A stretch of DNA of 25,895 bases from Pedosphaera sp. (GCA_031414955.1 JANOQV010000225.1:1-25895); one strand, 5' to 3'; counted from the stretch's first letter, positions 1-11,242 are shown. Notes: a model not told the origin generated them from the sequence alone. Numbers and translations are program-made.

Positions 1-866
1 CTTCATCAGCACCGTGACCGATGCGGTGCTCTCCGAGGTGGTGGAATGGCAGAACCGGCCGCTGGAACGGATGTATCCGATCGTGTTCTTCGACGCGCTG
101 CGGGTGAAGATCCGCAGCGATGGCACGGTGAAGAACCAGGCCGTGTATCTGGCCCTGGGCGTGGCGCCGGACGGGACGCGCGACGTGCTGGGCCTGTGGA
201 TCGAGCAGACTGAAGGAGCGAAGTTCTGGCTGAAGGTGATGAACGAGCTGCGCAACCGGGGCGTGAACGACCTGCTGATCGCGGTGGTGGACGGGCTGAA
301 GGGCTTTCCCGAGGCGATCACGACGGCCTTTCCGCAGACGACGGTGCAGACGTGCATTGTGCATCTGACGCGCTTCAGTCTGGCGTATTGCTCGTGGCAG
401 GACCGGGCGAAAGTGGCCGGAGAGTTGAAGAACATCTACCGGGCGGCCAGTGCGGAAGAAGCGGCGCGCCTGCTGGAGGTGTTTGCGCAGAGCGAGTTGG
501 GGAAGAAGTATCCGATGATCGCGGCGAGCTGGCGGCGGCACTGGGCGGAGGTAATCCCGTTCTACGACTGGCCGCCGGAGGTGCGGAAGATGATCTACAC
601 GACCAACGCGATCGAGAGCCTGAACATGCAGTTAAGGAAGGTGCTCAAGAACCGGGGTCACTTTCCGAGCGCGGAGGCGGCGGGCAAGCTGATTTATTTG
701 GCCTTGCGCAAGATCGTGGCGCAGTGGAAAAAGCCCCCGGTGCATTGGGGAGCGGCGGCGCATCAATTTGCGCTGCGCTTTGGCGAGCGGTTTATCTCCC
801 CGCCTGCGGCGACGGAGAAACGGTAAGAAATGAAACCGACCCAAACACAAAGTTCCGGATACCTCC
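1..866 (+). mobile_element. Right part of an IS256-family insertion sequence, with right terminal inverted repeat at about 845-866
   Basis: ACACAAAGTTCCGGATACCTCC follows the transposase stop (reverse complement GGAGGTATCCGGAACTTTGTGT) and resembles IS256-type ends. The A-rich AAAGAAAA after it is a candidate target duplication. The left end is outside the window. Confidence 0.75.
2..826 (+). CDS. IS256-family (Mutator-type) DDE transposase, 5'-truncated by the window edge
   Basis: Frame is open from base 2. Motifs: FFDAL (D), VVDGLKGF (D), QTCIVH (CxxH) and YTTNAIES (E). Confidence 0.95.
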   Translation, partial: FISTVTDAVLSEVVEWQNRPLERMYPIVFFDALRVKIRSDGTVKNQAVYLALGVAPDGTRDVLGLWIEQTEGAKFWLKVMNELRNRGVNDLLIAVVDGLKGFPEAITTAFPQTTVQTCIVHLTRFSLAYCSWQDRAKVAGELKNIYRAASAEEAARLLEVFAQSELGKKYPMIAASWRRHWAEVIPFYDWPPEVRKMIYTTNAIESLNMQLRKVLKNRGHFPSAEAAGKLIYLALRKIVAQWKKPPVHWGAAAHQFALRFGERFISPPAATEKR

Positions 867-1183
867 AAAGAAAAATCAAATCCGCCAAGAAAAGTGTGTT
901 GCTTGTAGCAGGTGATTCATGAATGCTCCTGCCCAGCCCAGAAACCAAGTCCCCCGCCTTCATTGGCGTGGAAACGTGTGTCTTGTAACACCCGTGGAGT
1001 CGAAAGCGATCAACTGCATGTGCGGCAAAACCAGGAGTCCGGCGAACCGGATTGCTGACGGAGTGGAGGCTTGTGTCCAGCCCCCCATTCAGTCGCGCGT
1101 GAATTTCGCTCCCTCACCCTGGCACCGGCGGCCCTTTCCCCATCCATGTCTCCTCAATAAACAAAAAAACCAAACAGACCGTT

Positions 1184-4100
1184 ATGAGTAAAATACCAAT
1201 CCTTGCAAAAGTTCGGTTCGCGCCCGTCGTGCTGGCCTTTCTGGCCGCCGCCTTGTTGTGCCAGGCGCAGTTCCAGATCGTCGTGCCCTACAATCAAACT
1301 TGGAAGTTCGAGCAATCGAACATTGATCTAGGAACGACCTGGCGAAATCCCGGCTTCGATGACAGCGGGCTAGGCTGGGGAACAGGGATCGGCCCGCTTG
1401 GCTTTAACAACCTGAGCACGAATGAAGCCCTGCTGGACGGCCTGACCGTCTTCACCCTGCTGAACCGCACGACCAATGCCGTCCAGCCGCGGACCTACTA
1501 CTTGCGCACCACGTTTGTTTTCACCAACGATCCGGCGGGCGTCTCGCTGGTCTTTTCCAACCTAATCGATGACGCGGCGGTGTTTTGGGTCAATGGCGTC
1601 GAGATGGGGCGCGCTGGTTTCAACGTGGGCACGGTGGTCACGTTCCTCACCCCGGGTGATCGGGCCGCCAGCGATGTCGGCACCTATGGCTACGACCGGT
1701 TTACCAATAACACCCCGGGCCTGATTCAGGGGATCAACACCTACGCGGTGGAAGTTCACCAGACGGGCAACAACAGCAGCGATCTCGTCATGGCCACGCG
1801 GGTCATGGCCGTGATTCCCACCCCTCTGGCCATCACGGTGCAGCCGACCAACATCACTTCGGTGGAAAACCGCGTGGTCGATCTCGTGGTCGCGGTGAGC
1901 GGCAGCAACCCGCAATACCAATGGTGCCGGGGCACGAATCCGGCCGTGGCCATCACCGATGCCACCAACGCGACCTACACCATCACCAACACGGCCATTG
2001 CGGACACGGACGACTACTTTGTCATCGCCACCAATTCGTTGAACTCCGTGACCAGCTCAGTGGTGCGGCTCACGGTGAGCAACGACACCAATGGACCCGT
2101 GCTGGTCAGCGCCAAGACGGATGAGACGTTCCAGCGGATCACCCTCACCTGGGATGAAGTCGTGGCCGAAGGCCCGGCCGAGGAGGTGAGCAACTACTAC
2201 ATGCTGGATGCACTCGACAACGAAGTGTTCATCACCGGCGTGGTGTGGCAAGGCAACGTGGTGGTGCTGACCGTGCCGACCATGCTGGCTGGTGCGACCT
2301 ACCGCGTGCAAGCGGACTTCATTCAGGATCTCGTGGGCAACCTGACCGACGCGCAGGGCACCATGATCAATCCCAACGGCGATCCGGATCACTTCGTGAC
2401 CAGTGCCGTGCAGACGTTTATTTTCGCGTCCGGGTTCACGCGCTTCCAAGCCTACCTGGGCCTGCCCACGGGCCAGAACATCGCCCAGTTCGTGGCCATG
2501 CCCATTTACCCGAACGGCGCGACCTTCGGCTTCAACACCAACATTCTGTACTGGCCGCAGACGCTGCCCGGAAACGGAGTTGAACAATATGCCATGCGCT
2601 TCTCCGGCTTGTTTGTGGCTCCGGAGACGGGGCTGTACCTCTTCAACCCCGACCATGACGACGATGCGCGCCTGCGCATCTCGGACTCGGAACTCCCCAG
2701 CGGCACGCTCACGGAAGTGGCTCCGGCCTGTTGCACCGGCCTGCTCGATGGTCCCACCCTGGACGTGAACCTCGTGGCCGGCCAGCGCTACTACTACGAG
2801 TTGATCGTGCGCGAATTTGGCGGCGGCGATCATGCGGGCCTCTCCGTGATTCTGCCCTCGGGCCTGACCAACTCGCCCATCCCGCAGAACCTTCTGGCCA
2901 TCGCCTTCGATCCGGCCAATGTGGCCAACGCCGATTTCTCGCTCCAGCCCCAGGACCAGACCGTGCTCGACAATCATGCCGCGACCTTCAGCGCCGCCGT
3001 GACCAATGCCGTCAACGGCCTGGCCTTCCAGTGGCAGCTCGACACCGGCAGCGGTTACAACGACATCGCGGGTGCCACCGGCCCGAGCCACACCACCGGA
3101 CTGCGCACATTGGCCAATGAAGGCAACCTCTACCGCGTCATCGCCTACACGCCCGGCCTCATCCTCACCAGCGCCGTGGCCGTGCTGCACGTCAACATCG
3201 ACACCGTGCCGCCGACGGTGGTGCGAGTTCAGGGCACGCGTTCGTTGAGCAGCATCATCGTCAGGTTCGACGAGGCGCTCTCCGCGGGCAGCGCGACCGG
3301 GGTCAGCAACTACACCCTGACGCTCACGAATGGCACGCCGGTGACTATTGGCACGCCCACCCTCGGCCTCGACCTCGTGACCGTGACCATCCCGACCGAT
3401 CCACAGACTCCGGGCGGATACTACAACCTGCTGGTCGAGAACGTCACGGATCTGGCGGGGGTCGCGGTGGTGCCGACCAACATCGTCTTCCAATCCTGGG
3501 TGATGAGCCGCGGCTTCGCCTTGTTCGAGGCCTACGACACGGGCGGCGGCAACGACGTGGTGCTGCTCACCGGACATCCCAGTTATCCGAACAATCCGCG
3601 GGACGTGGCTTACCTCCCGACTTTCGATTCGCGCAACGCCTACCCGAACGACACCCATGAAGCCTACGGCGCGCGCATCTCGGCCCTCTTTACCGCGAAT
3701 GCCACGACCAACTTTGTCTTCTACTTCAGCGCGGATGACGCCTCGGAGTTTTGGATGAGCACGGACAGCAATCCGGCCAACCGCGTGCTCCTGCGCTCGG
3801 CGGTCACCTGTTGCACTGCGAACTCCGTGAATCCCGTCACCAACGCCTTGGTCGCGGGCCAGTCTTACTACATGGATCTGCTCTACAAGGAGGGCACCGG
3901 TGGCGATTACGGACGCGTGGTGGTGAAACACATCGGGGACCCGACGAACCCGGATGTTCTGACCCCGATTGGCGGACGATTCCTCTCCACGCTCGCCGAC
4001 CCCGTGGGGGCAGTCCTCGCGATTGTCCAGCAACCGACCAACCTGACCCGCCTGGCGGGCCAGACGGCGGCCTTCTCCGTCCAGGCCACCGGGTTGATCG

Positions 4101-4870
4101 CCACCGGCGTCGCGCCTGTGGCGTATCAATGGCAGAAGTTCGTGGGGGGAGTGTTCGTGGACATCGCGGGTGCGAATGCCGCGAGTTACACCACCCCGGC
4201 CCTGCTCGTGGGAGACAGCGGCTCGCAATACCGCGCGCTCGTCTTCATTCCCGGAGCCTCGGCCACCAGTTCTGCGGCCACCGTGTCGGTCATTCCTCCG
4301 GCTCCCACGCTGGCCTCCAGCTTCTCCGGCGGCATCCTCACCCTCTCGTGGGCCGCGCCGTTCCGGCTGCAATACGCGTTGAGCCTCACACCGCCCATCG
4401 TCTGGGTGGACCTCAACACCGGCGGGGCCACCACTTACTCCGTGGACCCGGCCAATTCATTCAACGTGCGGGCGGACGCCTTCCAGGAGTTCAATCCCAT
4501 CGGCCTCCGAACCGGTACGGGCATTGGCATCGTCACCCTCTCCAACGACGTGCTCAAGGTGGACGCGACCTACACCGGGCTGTCTGCCAACCGCAGCGCC
4601 GATCACTTCCACGCTCCCGCTCCGCGCGGAGTGAACGCGGGGGTGGCCTACAACCTCGGCTCCATTACCACCGGCACCACCTCCGGGACCATTCTCGGCG
4701 ACATCGCGCTGGTGAACGGGGCCTACGGCGGCAAGACCATCGCCCAGCAAATCACGGAGCTGAGGAACGGACTCTGGTATCTGAACATTCACTCCACCGC
4801 GTTCGGTGGTGGTGAAATCCGCGGCCAGGTGGAACCGGGACCGCGCTTCTTCCGCCTCGTCTACCCGTAA
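1184..4870 (+). CDS. Large secreted/surface protein: signal peptide, beta-sandwich domain, 2 x [Ig-like, Big_5-like, PA14], Ig-like, C-terminal domain containing CHRD
   Basis: Signal peptide MSKIP..VVLAFLAAALLCQA. Ig motifs QPTN..YQW..I..AT. PA14 motifs DHDDDARL..YYYEL..EFGGGD and SADDASEF..YYMDL..EGTGGD. CHRD motifs HFH..APRG and LYLNIHS-like WYLNIHSTAFGGGEIRGQV. Strong GC3 bias. Confidence 0.9.
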   Translation: MSKIPILAKVRFAPVVLAFLAAALLCQAQFQIVVPYNQTWKFEQSNIDLGTTWRNPGFDDSGLGWGTGIGPLGFNNLSTNEALLDGLTVFTLLNRTTNAVQPRTYYLRTTFVFTNDPAGVSLVFSNLIDDAAVFWVNGVEMGRAGFNVGTVVTFLTPGDRAASDVGTYGYDRFTNNTPGLIQGINTYAVEVHQTGNNSSDLVMATRVMAVIPTPLAITVQPTNITSVENRVVDLVVAVSGSNPQYQWCRGTNPAVAITDATNATYTITNTAIADTDDYFVIATNSLNSVTSSVVRLTVSNDTNGPVLVSAKTDETFQRITLTWDEVVAEGPAEEVSNYYMLDALDNEVFITGVVWQGNVVVLTVPTMLAGATYRVQADFIQDLVGNLTDAQGTMINPNGDPDHFVTSAVQTFIFASGFTRFQAYLGLPTGQNIAQFVAMPIYPNGATFGFNTNILYWPQTLPGNGVEQYAMRFSGLFVAPETGLYLFNPDHDDDARLRISDSELPSGTLTEVAPACCTGLLDGPTLDVNLVAGQRYYYELIVREFGGGDHAGLSVILPSGLTNSPIPQNLLAIAFDPANVANADFSLQPQDQTVLDNHAATFSAAVTNAVNGLAFQWQLDTGSGYNDIAGATGPSHTTGLRTLANEGNLYRVIAYTPGLILTSAVAVLHVNIDTVPPTVVRVQGTRSLSSIIVRFDEALSAGSATGVSNYTLTLTNGTPVTIGTPTLGLDLVTVTIPTDPQTPGGYYNLLVENVTDLAGVAVVPTNIVFQSWVMSRGFALFEAYDTGGGNDVVLLTGHPSYPNNPRDVAYLPTFDSRNAYPNDTHEAYGARISALFTANATTNFVFYFSADDASEFWMSTDSNPANRVLLRSAVTCCTANSVNPVTNALVAGQSYYMDLLYKEGTGGDYGRVVVKHIGDPTNPDVLTPIGGRFLSTLADPVGAVLAIVQQPTNLTRLAGQTAAFSVQATGLIATGVAPVAYQWQKFVGGVFVDIAGANAASYTTPALLVGDSGSQYRALVFIPGASATSSAATVSVIPPAPTLASSFSGGILTLSWAAPFRLQYALSLTPPIVWVDLNTGGATTYSVDPANSFNVRADAFQEFNPIGLRTGTGIGIVTLSNDVLKVDATYTGLSANRSADHFHAPAPRGVNAGVAYNLGSITTGTTSGTILGDIALVNGAYGGKTIAQQITELRNGLWYLNIHSTAFGGGEIRGQVEPGPRFFRLVYP

Positions 4871-4897
4871 TTCGCGACCGCGCAACCAAGTCATCGC

Positions 4898-4930
4898 AAG
4901 AGACCGGGGGCAACCCCGGTCTCTTTTTTT
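4898..4930 (+). terminator. Rho-independent terminator
   Basis: Perfect 12-bp stem AAGAGACCGGGG / CCCCGGTCTCTT with a GCAA (GNRA) loop and a T run, 27 nt after the stop at 4870. Confidence 0.92.
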
Positions 4931-4975
4931 GCAGACGACGCTCGACACGCCCGCAGCCGCGCAAAAAGATTTGCC

Positions 4976-7345
4976 ATGCGCACTGCATTGCTTGGCACCG
5001 TTCAACTTCTAGTCAGCGCCGGACTGGTTCTTGCCCAACCCGCCGCGCCGCTGCCCGGCACCGCCCCGCTCACCGCCACCGGCGATCTCTCCGCGCAAAT
5101 GGTCGAGGGTATCGACCGCTGGCTGATGCACGAGACGGCACGAACGGCGACGAACCGCGCCCGGTATTGGCCGCGTGATTTCAGTTCGCCCGCCGCCTAC
5201 GAGAAATCCGTGGAGCCGAATCGCGAGCGGCTGCGACGCATGATTGGCGCGGTGGATGAGCGCGACCCGAACACGTCGTTGCTTTCAGTTCTGCCCGTCG
5301 GAGGCGGTGTGCCTCTGCCCATCGTGGTCACGGCCAGCTTTCGTGCCGAACCAGTGAGATGGTTGGTCTTCAAAGAAGTGACTGCATCGGGCTGGCTCCT
5401 CTCGCCGCTCAAGCCCACCTCGCCGAAGTGTTTCATCGTCGCGATTCCAGATGCCGATCAAACGCCGGAGATGCTGGCCGGGATCGCGCCGGGATTGCCC
5501 GGAGAATCCCAGTTCGCACGTCGCCTGGCTGAAGCTGGATGCACCGTGTTGATTCCCGCGCTCCTGGATCGCCGCGACGAATTCTCCGGGAATGAGAAGC
5601 TGAAACGCTTCACCAATCAGCCGCATCGCGAATGGATTTATCGTCAGGCTTACGAGATGGGACGACACATCATTGGCTATGAAGTGCAGACGGTGCAGGC
5701 GGGCCTTGATGCCTTCCACGGTCAGTCCGCCGCCGCCAAGGGAATCCGGACCGGCGTGATCGGCTATGGCGAGGGCGGCTTGATCGCGCTCTACGCGGCG
5801 GCTCTCGACGCACGAATTAACGCCGTCGCCGTGAGCGGCTACTTCGGCGCCCGCGAGCGGCTGTGGGAGGAACCGATTTACCGCAACGTGGCCGGGCTGC
5901 TGCGCGAGTTCGGCGACGCGGAGATCGCCAGCCTGATCGCGCCGCGAAAAGTGATCGTGGAGTTCAGCGCCACGCCGAAGATCAACGGACCGCCCGCCGC
6001 GCGCCAGGGTCGCGGTGGAGCGGCACCGGGCAAGATCGCCGAGGCGGATTTTGCCGTGGTGGAAGCGGAAGTCGAAAGGGCCCGAGGGCTGGTGGGCAGG
6101 TTGTCCGGACCGCCTTTCGTGGCTCTGGTTCACGGCAGTGAAGGCGCGGAAGTTCCCATCGGATCGACCAAGACTCTCACTCAGTTGTTAGCCTCACTGG
6201 GCGTGAGCACCCCGCCGGGCGCGACCACGAACTCCGCGGTGAACCAGCCCAAGAAGCGCGACCCGTCCGAGCGCTCGTCCGCCGTGCGTGAGTGGGAGTC
6301 GTTCACTCAGAAATTATTCCGGGAGTCGGAGCGGGTGCGCGACGCGCGGGTGTGGTCGCAACTCGGAGACAAGACGGCGTTTCTCGAAGCGACCCGCACG
6401 AACCGCGAGTTTTTCTGGCGCGAGGTCATCGGGAAGCTGGATGCGCCCAAGCTGCCGCCGAATCCGCGCACCCGGCAAATTTACGATCAGCCGAAGTGGA
6501 CCGGCTACGAAGTCATGCTCGACGTGGTGCCGGATGTTTCTGCCTGGGGCTACTTGTTGGTGCCGAAGGATCTCAAGCCCGGCGAAAAGCGCCCGGTCGT
6601 GGTCTGCCAGCATGGATTGGAAGGCGTGCCGGAAGACACCGTCGCCGATGACCCGAAACACAAGGGTTACGGCGCTTACAAAGGTTTCGCGGCCAAACTC
6701 GCGGAGCGCGGTTTCATCGTCTATGCGCCGCACAATCCGTATCGCGGCCAGGACAAGTTCCGCGTGCTTCAGCGCAAGGCCAACCCGCTGGGTCTCTCAC
6801 TGTTCTCCTTCATCATCGCGCAGCACGAGGTCACGACGGACTGGCTGGCCTTGTTGCCCTTCGTCGATCCGCAGCGCCTCGCGTTCTACGGCCTGAGCTA
6901 CGGCGGCAAGACGGCCATGCGCGTGCCGGCGGTGGTGGAGCGTTACAGCCTGTCCATCTGCTCGGCGGATTTCAACGAGTGGGTGCAGAAGTGCGTCACC
7001 ACCGAATCGCCCTACAGCTACATGTTCACCGGCGAATATGAGATGCCGGAGTGGAACCTCGGCCACACCTTCAACTACGCCGAGATGGCCAGCCTGATCG
7101 CGCCGCGTCCGTTCATGGTCGAGCGTGGCCACGACGACGGCGTGGCTCCCGACCAATGGGTCGCCTACGAGTACGCGAAAATTCGCCGCATGTACGACAA
7201 GCTGGGTATCGGCGAGCGCACGGAGATCGAGTTCTTCGACGGCCCGCATACGATCAACGGCGTGGGGACGTTTCAGTTTTTGGAGAAACATTTGCGTTGG
7301 CCCCTGGGAGAAAACCCCAAATCCAAAACCCTGCATCCCGAATAA
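4976..7345 (+). CDS. Secreted tandem alpha/beta-hydrolase (dienelactone hydrolase/acetyl esterase-like, two domains)
   Basis: Signal peptide ending VLA-QP. The C-domain has VVVCQHG, nucleophile elbow GLSYGG, Asp in GHDDGV and His in GPH. The N-domain has GYGEGG at the equivalent elbow. Confidence 0.85.
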   Translation: MRTALLGTVQLLVSAGLVLAQPAAPLPGTAPLTATGDLSAQMVEGIDRWLMHETARTATNRARYWPRDFSSPAAYEKSVEPNRERLRRMIGAVDERDPNTSLLSVLPVGGGVPLPIVVTASFRAEPVRWLVFKEVTASGWLLSPLKPTSPKCFIVAIPDADQTPEMLAGIAPGLPGESQFARRLAEAGCTVLIPALLDRRDEFSGNEKLKRFTNQPHREWIYRQAYEMGRHIIGYEVQTVQAGLDAFHGQSAAAKGIRTGVIGYGEGGLIALYAAALDARINAVAVSGYFGARERLWEEPIYRNVAGLLREFGDAEIASLIAPRKVIVEFSATPKINGPPAARQGRGGAAPGKIAEADFAVVEAEVERARGLVGRLSGPPFVALVHGSEGAEVPIGSTKTLTQLLASLGVSTPPGATTNSAVNQPKKRDPSERSSAVREWESFTQKLFRESERVRDARVWSQLGDKTAFLEATRTNREFFWREVIGKLDAPKLPPNPRTRQIYDQPKWTGYEVMLDVVPDVSAWGYLLVPKDLKPGEKRPVVVCQHGLEGVPEDTVADDPKHKGYGAYKGFAAKLAERGFIVYAPHNPYRGQDKFRVLQRKANPLGLSLFSFIIAQHEVTTDWLALLPFVDPQRLAFYGLSYGGKTAMRVPAVVERYSLSICSADFNEWVQKCVTTESPYSYMFTGEYEMPEWNLGHTFNYAEMASLIAPRPFMVERGHDDGVAPDQWVAYEYAKIRRMYDKLGIGERTEIEFFDGPHTINGVGTFQFLEKHLRWPLGENPKSKTLHPE

Positions 7346-7443
7346 GCTCCCGACTCCACGCGCTGGCCTCCTTCACGAATAGGCCGCACGTTTGGCATCA
7401 GCCCAAACCGGCTTGCTTGCGCAGCCCGGCAAACATCTTCTTC

Positions 7444-7471
7444 TTGCCTCATCGCCGCCCCGGTTTAACGT
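7444..7471 (+). promoter_or_regulatory. Candidate sigma70-type promoter for gcvP (near-leaderless transcript)
   Basis: TTGCCT-16 nt-TAACGT ending 10 nt before the ATG at 7482; no SD. Pattern match only. Confidence 0.3.
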
Positions 7472-7481
7472 CTTCGCCTTT

Positions 7482-10403
<2,922 letters not shown>

Positions 10404-10424
10404 GGAGCAAGGCGAGGTGTCGAA

Positions 10425-10760
10425 ATGAAATTACCGCCCGACGCCGAAATTCCCTTGCCGAAGCTCTTGCAGTATTTGCTCGTGCCGCTCGCGCGAGCCG
10501 ACAAATCGAAATTCCTGGCCCGCGCCGGCTACACGACAGACAACGCGCCGGAATTGTTGGCGGACATTCGCTCCCAAATTCTGCCGCTGGACGCCACGCC
10601 CGCTGGCACAACCAAGTTCGGGGAATTTTTCGAGATTCGCGCGGCGCTTCGCGGCCCCAATGGCGTATCCCTCCGCGTGAAAACCATCTGGATACGCGAA
10701 CACTTGAGCGGAGACACGCGGTTTGTTACTCTGCTGCCGGACAAATCGAAGAAAGGATGA
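10425..10760 (+). CDS. DUF6883-like small protein, putative toxin
   Basis: Pattern A.IP..KL..YLL..DK..FL...GY...N...L..DI..KFG..F.I...L.GPNG....V.TIW......RFVT. Purine-rich RBS upstream. Confidence 0.8.
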   Translation: MKLPPDAEIPLPKLLQYLLVPLARADKSKFLARAGYTTDNAPELLADIRSQILPLDATPAGTTKFGEFFEIRAALRGPNGVSLRVKTIWIREHLSGDTRFVTLLPDKSKKG

Positions 10761-10996
10761 AATTCGAACTCTACAGAGACGCTGTTCTGACCTGCGACGT
10801 GCCTGAGCACCGGCTCAAACGCGGCGACATCGTCAAGCTTGTTGACCACCATGTGGCGCGTGACGGCAGCGAGGGCTACTCCATCGAAGTCTTCAACGCC
10901 GTGGGCGAAACCATCGCCGTAACCGCCGTCCCCGAAACCGCCCTGGAAGCTCTGCGCGAGGACGAAATCCTTTGCGCGCGCGTGCTGGCGGCATAG
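10757..10996 (+). CDS. DUF4926-like protein (79 aa), putative immunity/antitoxin
   Basis: MKFELYRDAVLTCDVPEHRLKRGDIVKLVD..EGYSIEVFNAVGETIAV. Starts in an ATGA overlap with the upstream stop; AAAGG just upstream. Confidence 0.85.
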   Translation: MKFELYRDAVLTCDVPEHRLKRGDIVKLVDHHVARDGSEGYSIEVFNAVGETIAVTAVPETALEALREDEILCARVLAA

Positions 10997-11032
10997 CCGC
11001 TGGAGGGACGAGTTCCAGAGTCATTCAATCGA

Positions 11033-11242
11033 ATGAACTCAGAAAACCAAATCCCAGCGATTCGCAAGGGCCGGCCCATTAGCTGGGAAGACTGGCTCAA
11101 GGGCCGGCGGGCGCGGCGCGAGACCGGGAACAAGGTCGCGCCGGAAATCATCCGCCGTCCGAGCAGCTCCAGCGATCGCCGCCTGCGCAAACTGTTCAAC
11201 GGCGAACGAGGCCTGCCCTTCAAGCGCACCGAGGATTTGTGA
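11033..11242 (+). CDS. Small, very basic hypothetical protein (69 aa)
   Basis: ATG start, host-like GC3 bias over most of its length, and it fills the gap between DUF4926 and the convergent gene. No family recognised. Confidence 0.6.
   Translation: MNSENQIPAIRKGRPISWEDWLKGRRARRETGNKVAPEIIRRPSSSSDRRLRKLFNGERGLPFKRTEDL

Noticed and set aside
2057..4372. 771-aa minus-strand ORF (also 15745-18051 minus, 21636-23024 plus, 23910-25094 minus)
   Set aside because: Antisense shadows of well-supported GC3-rich genes; no recognisable motifs.
7346..7481. Glycine riboswitch upstream of gcvP
   Set aside because: No GGAGA..CCGAAG..CTCTCAGG aptamer signature, and the region is short.
7392..7481. Longer ORF-caller starts for gcvP (7392), the aminopeptidase (22859) and the cytochrome lipoprotein (23046)
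   Set aside because: The extensions are not protein-like and overlap promoter-like or MITE sequence. For the lipoprotein, the lipobox only works from ATG 23214.
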